A stretch of DNA of 64,000 bases from Azolla caroliniana (taxonomy: Eukaryota > Plantae > Polypodiophyta), in contig JBHGNT010000014.1 in the NCBI GenBank assembly GCA_043228905.1, positions 7,998,001-8,062,000 of the forward strand, given 5' to 3'. Below are positions 41,802 to 53,042 of this stretch, in pieces. Below the pieces are notes generated by a model that searched no databases, was not told the origin of the DNA, and saw only the letters and a program-made list of their open reading frames with translations. Each line of letters begins with the position of its first letter. Position 1 is the first letter of the stretch. The translations under genes were made by a program, and so were the position numbers.

Positions 41802-43313
41802 CTAAGTCTCTAAAACATGTGTGAAAGAATATGTTTGTCTTTGGTCAATTGCCTTCGACACCTTTGTCTTGATGTCATCTTTCACATCAGATTTGAACTC
41901 CCCCTTGTTGCCACCTTCCGTCTCTTGGGTCTTCTGTTGGTTCTCGGACGCAACTGCCCAAGTCTCTGGAACCAGTGTGGGGAAAGTCTTGTCACTGCCA
42001 TCATTCACTATCGACTTGTCCATATCTATCTTCGCCTCGATGTTGTGCACACCGTCTTGGTCCTTCCCCTTACTACCACCTTCCATCTCTTGGGTCTCAC
42101 GTTGGCTCTCTACAACTACCCAAGTCTCCGAAACTTGTGTGAAGGAATCCTCGACACGGTCATCTACCATTAATTCTTTGATAGCCACCTTTGACTCGAT
42201 GTCATTTTTCGTGGCAATCTCTTCAATCTCATGGGCCTCGCACCCATTGACCCTCTTGATCGAGCAAGCTTCGATTATGCTTCTCTCTTCGTCGTATGTA
42301 TTAGTTTCGACCTTCGGTTCCTCGCCGACACCTTCCGTCTCTTGGGTCTCACGTTGGTTCTTGGATGCAACTGCCCAAGTCTCTGGAACTAGTGTGGAGA
42401 AAACCTGGTCGTGATCGTTGTTGACGCTTATTGTCTTGTTCATAGCCGCCTCCTCGATGTTGGTTTTAGTGGCTAGATCCTCCATCATGTTGATCTCACA
42501 CTCTTTATCTCCCTTAATGCAAGCTTTGATTAGGCTTGCTCCTTCATCATCTGTTGTTTCGAACACGGCGCGCCTCTCCAAACATTTGTCCTTCTTTGAA
42601 GTAGACGTGGTCATCCTCAAGTCATCATCAATCTTCTTTTTGTGTAGGATGCGTTGTTTAGGCATCTCTACTTCTTTAGATGGCCTTGATTTTCCTATGC
42701 TTGACCTTACCAAGTCAATATCATCAAGCCATTGATGACCCTTGTTGAGCTTGTTACATGCTCGATTAACCACAATCCAGTCTGCCACAAGTCCGTTCAC
42801 TTGGGTATCATCTTCGAGGAGAGTCCCCAATTCTCGTCTATCCTTCATATCCACAACTTTCAAGAAGTACAAAGTCTTGTCCTCCTCAAGTAGCACTTGG
42901 TCCGTGTTGGGGAGACGACTAAACATATGGTCGAACTCATCGTACACCCTCAAAGCGCTCATCCTCTTATTCTTCTTTTCTATCCACTTCATCAAGGCAT
43001 GTCGAGTCATCCTCGACAAATTTTCCATCGTGAACTCTGCTAATATCGCTTTCTCGAACCCGGACCATGTTGTCTTCCCTTCTTGAAGCTCGAGGACGCG
43101 TCTTTGTACGTTGTTGGTGACCACTCTCTTGAAACTTGCGATTTGACATGCTTCAAACACGTCCCTCTGATTCATCTCCCTTTTGTATGCATCAAGGAAC
43201 TTCGTAATGTTCCTTCCATCAAATTGACCCTCGAGTTCCACGACACGGTCGACGGCCTTCTCCACGCTCGCATCGTTGTCTCGAGCTCTTATCATTTGTT
43301 CGACGATTAGCAT
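41802..43313 (-). CDS. Gag-like protein with acidic repeated C-terminal extension (continues, with stops, to about 41180)
   Basis: 503-aa ORF directly downstream of the PBS; GQFDGRNITKFLDAYKREM...WSGFEKAILAEF is gag-like; repeated ETW(A/V)V(A/V)xxxQxxTQE(T/M)EG units. Confidence 0.65.
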   Translation of the reverse strand: MLIVEQMIRARDNDASVEKAVDRVVELEGQFDGRNITKFLDAYKREMNQRDVFEACQIASFKRVVTNNVQRRVLELQEGKTTWSGFEKAILAEFTMENLSRMTRHALMKWIEKKNKRMSALRVYDEFDHMFSRLPNTDQVLLEEDKTLYFLKVVDMKDRRELGTLLEDDTQVNGLVADWIVVNRACNKLNKGHQWLDDIDLVRSSIGKSRPSKEVEMPKQRILHKKKIDDDLRMTTSTSKKDKCLERRAVFETTDDEGASLIKACIKGDKECEINMMEDLATKTNIEEAAMNKTISVNNDHDQVFSTLVPETWAVASKNQRETQETEGVGEEPKVETNTYDEERSIIEACSIKRVNGCEAHEIEEIATKNDIESKVAIKELMVDDRVEDSFTQVSETWVVVESQRETQEMEGGSKGKDQDGVHNIEAKIDMDKSIVNDGSDKTFPTLVPETWAVASENQQKTQETEGGNKGEFKSDVKDDIKTKVSKAIDQRQTYSFTHVLET

Positions 43314-43568
43314 AATCCTTTCGCATTCTCCCGCTTCGCTTGATTGCTTGAGGATGCCATGTCCAAGTATTGGTCGATCCTCAACTTGATCCTTCCAACC
43401 GGCTCTTTCACGTCGGGTTCACCACTTAATTATGTCGTGAAGATCCGTCACTACGTGTGGATCGTGAGGAGGAATCACTAGGGTCCTGGACCGGAAGGAT
43501 TCAAAGTTTTTACTAACTTTAACAAGAAATTATTTAAGATAGATTGAGAGAGATTGATATGACGAAAG

Positions 43569-46500
43569 TGTTGGTAGACAGGTCCCTCCGGATGGGAAGG
43601 GAGAAGAACAGTGCAGATGAACAAACTCGGCCGAGGTTTACAGGCCGAGGCCGAAACGGTATGAACCGGATGGGGAGTACCCGACTGCGGAGAGTCGGAT
43701 GGTGTAGGCCCGGTATGAACCGGATGAGGAGTACCCGACTGCGGAGAGCCGGATGGAGCCCATCGAGGCTACATTTGTAAATAGGCGAAAAGTCATATTA
43801 GTATAAATATGACTTAGGGCAAACTTTTAGTTTTTTTTGAGTAGTTGTCGTTTTTGTGATTATTCTTCCTTGTTGGTGCAAGAAGAAATCAGAGCACGTA
43901 ACTGTACAGAGAGAGAGAGAGAGAGAGAGACGAGGTCGTTGCCTCTGTTGTAACCGCCGCCTGTGGCGAAGATCTGAGAGCACGATGTCGTTGCCTCAGT
44001 GATCTCACTGTTGTATATTTCTACATAGTGACAGTTTGCAGCTTGTGGGCTGCCGTGGTTTTTTCCCCTATTTTGGGGTTTTCCACGTATATCTCCTGTG
44101 TACCATTTCTCCTCTTTTGTGTCGCGTTACATTACCTGTTTTTCTGTGTATGAAAAGAATCTCGGTTGTGGCCGAGCGTCGGACATAAGGAACGTCAAGT
44201 TCTCAACAAGTGGTATCAGAGCAAAATCGACACAGAAAAATGGACGAATCGTTTGGCGGCATGTTCAAGCTCACGGCTCCAACTATTCAGTGTGGAAGTC
44301 GAAGATGAGGGACATGCTCGTGGTTAAAGACCTCTGGCTGCCGGTTCAGTTCGGGGACAAGAGACCGGACAAAATCGACGCCGCGATATGGGAGGTGATG
44401 CACATGAAGACAACGGCGTACATACGGTGCTTCATCGACATGAGCCTGTACAACAACTTCAATGAAGAGAGCAAGGCTCATGAGCTCTGGGAGAAGATCG
44501 GCATGATGTTCCAGAACAAAAATGCTGTCAATCAGGCGTCGGTATTCCGGAAGCTTGTAAGACTCCGGTACCAAGATGGCTCTAGCATGGCGGAGCATAT
44601 GAATGCCTTCCAGGGGCTGATTCACCAGGCAACGTCATTGGAAGTACCTCTTGCCGATGAGGTCCTAGCGCTACTCCTGCTCGGTTCCCTCCCGGATAGC
44701 TGGGAGACGTTGGTTGTTACTTTGGGCAACGCCGGGCCGGAAGGAAAACGGTTATCCCTAGCAAGAGTAAAGTCGAGCTTGCTAGATGAGGAGGCTTGTC
44801 GGAAAGACAAAGATACGAGCTCCGACTCCAAAGCGCTCCTTACCGAATCGAAACGCGGAAGACATAGAAACCGTAGTCCCCAGAACCGGGAGAAGTCGGG
44901 GACACGATCAAAGTCAAGGGGGAGGCCTACTTGCTTCTATTGCGGCAAGCCGGGACACTTCCAAAAGAACTGTCAGCATTTCCGTAAAGACAAGGAAACC
45001 GATGGTACCGATTCGAAGCAAACCCCGAACCGGAACGGTACAGACCGGAACGGTAAAGACCGGAAGGGAACGACGGCAATTGTGGCAAGTGAAGAGGAGT
45101 TGATGCTCATCACCGAGGAGAGTGAGATAAACCATGCCGGCGATGAGATGACCTGGGTGGTAGACTCCGGAGCGTCGTTCCACCTTACCCCGGACCGGAA
45201 ATGCTTCTCATCCTACTTAGCCGGTGATCACGGCTGTGTCCGGATGGGGAATGAAGGAACATGCCAAATTGTCGGCATAGGAGACGTGTGGCTGATAACA
45301 CCAACCGGATGCAAGTTGCTGTTGAAAGATGTCCGACACGTTCCGGAAGTTCGTCTGAACCTGATATCAGCCGGTCGGCTAGATGATGAAGGCTACACGG
45401 GTAGCATCCGGAACGGTGTCATGAAGTTCAGCAAAGGGAGCCTGATTGTGGCTCGGGCCCGGAAGGTAAACACACTGTACCTGATGAATGCCCGATTATG
45501 TCCAGAAGAAGTGAACGTGGCTTCCGACACTGCCGGTGAGCTGTGGCACAAGAGGCTATGTCACATGAGTGAGAAGGGGATGAAGAGGCTTGGAGACGAC
45601 AACCTCATTCCAGTGAAGAACGTGCACTTAGAGAAGTGCACTGATTGTCTGGACGGTAAGCAGAACCGGACCTCCTTCCGACCAAGGCCACCGATGAGAC
45701 GTAATGCACCACTGGAGTTGGTGCATACGGATGTTTGTCAAGTAGACACGAAGTCACATGTCGGAGCGCAGTACTTCGTGACGTTCATAGATGACCACAG
45801 CCGGAAGCTGTGGGCCACACCGCTGAAGACGAAGGATCAGGTGTTATCCGTCTTCAAAGAGCTCTACGCGAGAGTGGAAAGAGAAACCGGCCGGAAGCTG
45901 AAGGCGGTTCGAGCAGATAACGGAGGTGAGTACCGGGGGCAGTTCGAGGAGTACTGCCGCTCGAAGGGAATCCGGCTCGAATTTACCGTGCCGAAGACGC
46001 CGGAGCTAAACGGACTGGCTGAGAGGATGAACCGGACCATAATGGAGAGGGTCCGGAGTATGCTAGCGCATGCAAAACTACCCAAGAAGTTTTGGGCTGA
46101 GGCACTGTCGACGGCGACATATGTGATAAACAGATCACCCTAGTACCCCTGGACGGAGACACGCCACAGAGAGTATGGACCGGTAAGGAAGTGTCCTACC
46201 GGCATCTAAGGGTGTTCGGGTGTCTCGCGTACGTGCATGTAGCAAAGGACCGGAGAGGAAAGCTAGATCCAAAGATCCGGCCATGCATATTCCTCGGTTA
46301 CGGTGACGATGAGTTCGGCTACCGAGTGTGGGACCCGGTCGACAAGAAGATATTCCGGAGTCGAGATATTATCTTCATGGAGGACAAGACGCTCGCCGAC
46401 TGGGAGTCGGAGAAGAAGATAGTGAACTCCGAGTCGACCGGTAAGGATAGACTCTACAATGAGCAGACCCAACCGGCAAGAGACCGGTTAGCACTCGAGG

Positions 46501-48986
46501 AACCAGCCGGTTACGGTGAGGATACCGAACCGGCTGAAGAAGAAGTAGAGGAAGCTGAGACCGGAACCGGTCAAGATCCCGAATCGGATTCGGATGAAGA
46601 GCAAATGGAGGAACCGATTACCGAAGCCCGAAGACGTAGATATCCTCTCAGAGAGAGAAGGGCGCCCCGGAGATTTCCGGATGCAGAGCATGTCCTGCTA
46701 ACCGATGAGGGGGAGCCGGAAAGCTTCGAAGAAGCGAAGGAAGACACCCACAGCCGAAAATGGTTAAGTGCCATGCTGGATGAGATGGATTCCCTGCATG
46801 AGAACCATACGTACGAATTGGTGGAGCTGCCGAAAGAAAAGCGGGCACTCCGAAACAAGTGGGTGTTCAAGTTGAAACCGGGAGATGCCGGCAACCCCCC
46901 GAGATACAAAGCCAGGATCGTGGTGAAGGGGTTCCAGCAGAAGAAGGGCGTGGACTTCGACGAAATATTCGCCCCGGTAGTAAAGATGACCTCCATCCGG
47001 ACGGTGCTGAGTATAGCAGCAAGCATGGATCTCGAGGTAGAGCAGCTGGACGTGAAGACGACATTCCTCCACGGCGACCTCGAAGAGGAAATCTACATGT
47101 AGCAACCGGAAGGATTTGTGGAGAAAGGGAAGGAGCACCTGGTATGCCGGTTGAAGAAGAGCCTGTACGGACTGAAGCAGGCTCCCCGGCAATGGTATCG
47201 GAAGTTCGACTCCTTCATGACCGATCAAGGGTACCACAAGACGCAGGCCGATCACTGCGTGTTTGTGAAGAAGTTCGAAGGAGGGGACTTCCTGATACTC
47301 CTCCTGTACGTGGATGACATGTTGATCGTCGGACGAGACCAAGGCAAAATATGGATGCTGAAGAAGGCTCTCAACCGGACCTTCTCAATGAAAGACTTGG
47401 GTCCGGCAAGACAGATGTTGGGGATGCACATCATTCGGGACCGGTCAGTGAAGCAACTATGGCTGTCACAGGAGAAGTATGTGACAAAGGTGCTTCACCG
47501 GTTCAACATGTCAGATGCAAAACCGGTCGGATCGACACTTCCGGCAAACTGCAAGTTGTCCGGCAAGCAAAGCCCGAAGACAAAAGGAGAGAAGGCAGAT
47601 ATGATGAAGATTCCATATGCCTCTGCCGTCGGGAGCTTGATGTACGCAATGGTTTGTACCCGACCAGACATTGGATACGCAGTCGGAGTGGTGAGCCGGT
47701 TCATGAGTAATCCCGACAAGGAGCATTGGAACGCGGTCAAATGGATACTCCGGTATTTGAAGGGCACTTCAAATATGTGTCTCCGATTCGGCACCGGAAA
47801 ACCTCAACTGGACGGTTTCACCGATTCGGACATGTCGGCTGATGTGGATACCAGCCGGTCTACATCCGGGTATGTGATGACATATGCAGGGGGAGCTGTC
47901 TCGTGGCAGTCGAGGTTGCAGAAGACGGTTGCATTGTCAACCACAGAGGCGGAGTACCAGGCGGCTGTGGAAGCCGGCAAGGAAATATTATGGATGAAGG
48001 ACTTTATCGGGGAGCTCGGTATCCGGCAAGAGGAATACCGACTCTACTGCGACAGTCAAAGTGCCATCCACCTTGCTAAGAATGCGGCCTACCATTCCCG
48101 GACGAAGCATATCCAGCGGAGGTATCACTGGATCCGGGAAAGGGTAGATAACCAGGAGTTCGCATTGGCGAAGATCCACACGGCCGAGAACGGGTCAGAT
48201 ATGCTGACCAAAGTGCTGACACCCGACAAGCTGGACGCATGCCGGAAGAGGATCGGGCTGGAAAGACACCCCATGCCGGAGTGAAGGGGGAGTTTGTTGG
48301 TAGACAGGTCCCTCCGGATGGGAAGGGAGAAGAACAGTGCAGACGAACAAACTCGGCCGAGGTTTACAGGCCGAGGCCGAAACGGTATGAACCGGATGGG
48401 GAGTACCCGACTGCGGAGAGTCGGATGGTGTAGGCCCGGTATGAACCGGATGAGGAGTACCCGACTGCGGAGAGTCGGATGGTGTAGGCCCGGTATGAAC
48501 CGGATGAGGAGTACCCGACTGCGGAGAGCCGGATGGAGCCCATCGAGGCTACATTTGTAAATAGGCGAAAAGTCATATTAGTATAAATATGACTTAGGGC
48601 AAACTTTTAGTTTTTTTTGAGTAGTTGTCGTTTTTGTGATTATTCTTCCTTGTTGGTGCAAGAAGAAATCAGAGCACGTAACTGTACAGAGAGAGAGAGA
48701 GAGAGAGACGAGGTCGTTGCCTCTGTTGTAACCGCCGCTTGTGGCGAAGATCTGAGAGCACGATGTCGTTGCCTCAGTGATCTCACTGTTGTATATTTCT
48801 ACATAGTGACAGTTTGCAGCTTGTGGGCTGCCGTGGTTTTTTCCCCTATTTTGGGGTTTTCCACGTATATCTCCTGTGTACCATTTCTCCTCTTTTGTAT
48901 CGCGTTACATTACCTGTTTTTCTGTGTATGAAAAGAATCTCGGTTGTGGCCGAGCGTCGGACATAAGGAACGTCAAGTTCTCAACA
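43569..48986 (+). mobile_element. Full-length Ty1/copia retrotransposon; LTRs 43569-44208 and 48295-48986, PBS-iMet 44211-44222, PPT about 48283-48292, TSD GAAAG
   Basis: Near-identical TG...CA LTRs; GAAAG on both flanks; complete gag (CFYCGKPGHFQKNC)-PR-INT-RT-RH order. Confidence 0.97.
44240..48284 (+). pseudogene. Copia gag-pol polyprotein with apparent frameshifts near 44272 and 46141 and a stop at 47100
   Basis: Motifs WVVDSGASFH, DNGGEY, LDVKTTFLHG, YVDD and LSTTEAEY are split across three ORFs. Confidence 0.9.
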
Positions 48987-49264
48987 GAAAGAGAGATACT
49001 GGGATAAAGATTCAACTTTTAACTTTTAGATTTAAGAGAGAAGATACATCAACAATAGGATTACAAGTTTCTTATTTTTCCCAAATTTTTCATTCATTTC
49101 ATTTCCTTGATTCCTCCACTCTTTTATAGATGCCCCCATGCATCTGGTGCATGTGAGGGCGCAAGACATGCAAGAAATGCATGCTTGCCATGTCATCATC
49201 TAAGCTCTCATGTATGAGAATTTACATGTAAAAGTATAATGATAAAAATATAGCTTTTATGGAA

Positions 49265-49335
49265 AAGACTTGGTTTAGTGGTAAGTATATTGCTTCTTGT
49301 CTTGGAGGTGCAAGGTTCAAACCTTGCTCACATCC
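49265..49335 (+). other. tRNA-like A/B-box cassette inside the Trp-primed LTR (degenerate copy at 39625-39690)
   Basis: A box TGGTTTAGTGG at 49271-49281 and B box GGTTCAAACCT at 49314-49324. Confidence 0.55.
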
Positions 49336-52300
49336 CTTTTAAAACACAAAATACTACTAGGCTTTTGGTCTTGTATTTACACCGAAAATCTTCAAAACAC
49401 CATGCACTACGATCAATCGACCGATACGTCTATCTCGACCCGTTCAATCCGATCCCGATCCAATCCTGTCTGTCGCCATCCGGCTCTGGTCTCGGTCGCC
49501 GTCCGGTTCCGGTTAGCCAAAACATTTACAAGTAGTTAGGCCACACCCATTCATTCGGTTAGTTAAGAAAGGCCACTCATAGACACCAAGTAATAGATTT
49601 TGGCCTTGCTTATATAATTTGGGATCCTTATTTGTCTTATCTATGTGGGATATCTCTTAGTTTTGTTTTTTCTCTTTTTATTCGCAAACTTCATACCCAC
49701 ATAACTTGCCACTTAGTTGTTTGTTTCTTAATGTGGTAAAGTGTATTCGAAAGCTCTTGAAGACCTCAATCTTTTTGTACCAAGATATTAAACTAGTATA
49801 AAATAGTATCTTCACTATTATTGTTTTATGTTGTGTGTGAAGAACCACACTCGATTTTGTACATTCCATTCAATTTTCACACCATTGCCAAAAATCTTCA
49901 CGATAGCATTTCGTACAAGATATGGGCACTTAGAGTATACGGTCATGCCATTCGGTCTCACTAATGCACCAACAGTCTTACAGCACATGGCAAATGATAT
50001 ATTTCGAGATCTCTTGGAGGTTTGTTTGATCATCTATTTGGATGATCTACTAGTTTATTCGAAGACCCAAGAAGAGCATGATTCTCATGTATTGTTAGTA
50101 CTAAAATGGCTTCAAGAACATGGTCTTTATGCAAAACTAGAAAAATGTAGTTTCAAGTGCAACCAGGTGAACACGTTCGCATTCACAAGTGGAAGGATCG
50201 CACATAAATGGAAGGATAAGGAATATTTTGATTGATTTTAGTACTTTTTCAATGATTTTAAAACACGTGCTTTTATATTACTCGATTTGTTACAAGCGGA
50301 ATGTAGTTACACTTAATAGCCAAAAATACATTCATGATCACTCATTTACGGAGAATCACTACTATAACTAATATACAATGACGATTCCTCCTCGTCATCC
50401 TCGGATGTACCAATCAATGCATTATCGTCGTCATAAACCAAATGGTTTGACTCTAGATCATATGTAGCAGATCTCGTTTGCCTTCAACTTGAGCTAACTT
50501 GTAGACCTAGTAATTTTTCTTTTATTATATCTATTGTTGACTTCCTTAATCGTTCAGCTTTTTTAAGTGTGAAGTCGTACACGATGATATCCATATCAGA
50601 GATATCAAGGGTTGAGGTGTTACGAATGTTTCGCTTCCTCTTCCTACCTCCCCTTGTCGTTGGGCATTCAATCATCTCCAATGTATACTTACCGATAAAG
50701 CATTTGCAGTTCTAGTGTTGTACCAATGAACTTTTATAGACTTGATTGTGTTTTCTATTTCATGCATTAGCAGTTCTAGAATTTTACCAACCCAAAATTG
50801 GTGGCCATGTGAGTTCTCATCAGTAGGCGTTGCAATCGACATCCCCGCTGCGAGCTCTTGCAAATTGCCTTGCCATCTAGCTTTGTCTGATTTGGTCATC
50901 CTTGGTCCCACATAAATGTCTCCTTGTTGTGGATGGACCAAACTATCATTAATCGGATCTGCTGGTTGCTCTGGAGTTTTACTTACATGATCATGTTGAA
51001 GCGACCATGTGAATGGCGTGTCCAAATTCCAATTATCACCAAATACACAATTGGCTATAATTCCTTTCTGATCACTAAAAAATACATTCCACCGTGACGT
51101 GTCTTGTTGTGCGGCATATTTCTTTGCAGACTCAATATGCTTTCTTTTTTCTTCTAAGACTTGGAGCCATAATTGTTTTTGTTCTGATACCAAGTCACTA
51201 TGCAACTGTCCTTTCTTCTCAATTGGCATTTGTTTAGCTCCATGGACAATTGTACTTGGCATACAAAGGAATAACTGGCAACCACCTTCAGGTTCCCATG
51301 TTGTAGAAGATGAATATTGTTTAGCATACAAAAGCGTAGAACCACTTATTTCATTTTTCTTTCTCAAAAAAATGTGATTGAAGCTTATATTGTTTAACTA
51401 GGCGAGCACTTTAACATTCCGAACACCCCCATCTGATATATATCTCTTAAAGTCATATACCTCCTTCAATTGTAACAATTTTGGGCGTGGTGTATATGCA
51501 TCACAAATGACATCAAATAGTTTTGGTAATGTGAAATCATCATGCCAAGACAACTGTCTGGAGAATGTGCTAAACATCTGATCTATATGATTATGTGTGT
51601 GGCCAACCAAAAGAAAATTGACTTTAACTTTTCTAAACAATCCTTGGTTGACCAACATACTTAGATAGCCAAACACAGTTAAATTTTTGTTCTCTCTAGT
51701 AGTATTGTCCAATTGAATGTATAGAACAGGGGGGAACGGTTGGCCCCAAGACATCAAAACTCGGTGAATCACTGTAACTGTTAGGTTAGGGTCATTGTGA
51801 ACATTGGGGTATGTAATGAAGATGTGAGGTCCAACAGACCTATTATAAGCCAAGCATCCCACCAAGTGCATTTGAACAAGGCACTCATCATTGATGTCTT
51901 TGGAGAGCCTCCGCATATGCAGCGAGCATGTCTGCTTCTGGTCCATGCCATCTATCATTAAGCACATGTATTGTTCGGGCCTCTTCAAACACTTCTCTCT
52001 ATGATGCATCGCCTTCTTTGGTTCTAATGATTGTGCCTCACGATGCTCCTGTAGTAACTTCTTACTCATATCCTTTTCCATTGATGTCTTTGCACCTTTA
52101 ACCAAACTTTTAAGATTTGCACAAGTGGAGCAATACCCCATGCGTACTTTACGCGGAATGATAACATTTGAAAATTGAGCTCTCCATAATCTTGTGAATT
52201 GGCTATATGTGACAAATTTATTACTTGAGACCACCATATCTGATTGATAGACATCATAAACTTCCCGACATGTGTAATTATCAGAGATGTGCATCCTATT

Positions 52301-53042
52301 TGTAGTGGGCATTACTTCACAATTTAATTGAAAGTAACTTTTCATCCAACCAATATCATGTCTTCCAATTGCACCTTTCATACTTGGAACCTCTTTACAA
52401 TTGAGCATTTGATCCCTGCTAAGTAGACGTTGTTGTACTCTATGTAGCTGCATGTTACTAACACATAACACAATTTTGAAGGCAACTCTACAGATCTGTT
52501 GCGCATGGAAGATATAACACTTGAATGCTACTTTGATTCCCGTACATTTGTCAGACACTAGTTGCATACGTGACCCAAGGTAAGTGTCTTGCTCATCACT
52601 AGTCATTGAAAAATAGTACCGCCTTAATTCTCACAACTTTGATTCTTCAATCATACACATACAACCACGGGCACAACATGTTTTGTTGACATCAAATCCA
52701 ATCTGCTTACCTGATGTCACCAAGTTAAATATGGCTAGATGAATTCTACGCGGGATTCTTCTAATATGCGTAGGGCATCCAGATTTCTCTTCCTGCATAG
52801 AAGTTGGGGTAACCTTGTTACAATCCAATTCTTTGTTGTCACCATCGCCCTTGATCTTCGATGTTTCATTGGCACTACCTTCATTCTTCGTATCTTTATT
52901 AATATCGTATTCTTCAATAGAGAACTCTTCACATGTGTCATTATTCATATGTGTTTTAAGTGAAGATGAGCTTAGACAATATTCTTTGATAGAAATGGGT
53001 GAGTCTGTCAACATACAATATTCTTCGATAGAAAATGGTGAG

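Larger units (their letters stand above)
38632..49905 (-). mobile_element. Gag-only (non-autonomous) gypsy-type LTR element in tandem: LTR 43433-49905 (interrupted by a copia), PBS-Trp, internal gag, LTR 38743-41044, second PBS-Trp
   Basis: LTR termini TGTCGTGAAGAT...ATCTTCACGACA (GATA in the right copy); 18-nt PBS matching the plant tRNA-Trp 3' end (TTCACGTCGGGTTCACCA on +) at 38717-38734 and 43407-43424; extensive similarity between the two LTRs. Confidence 0.8.

Noticed and set aside
41817-43086. Long plus-strand ORFs opposite gag, and similar shadow ORFs opposite other TE genes
   Set aside because: Antisense shadows of coding frames with no independent motifs.
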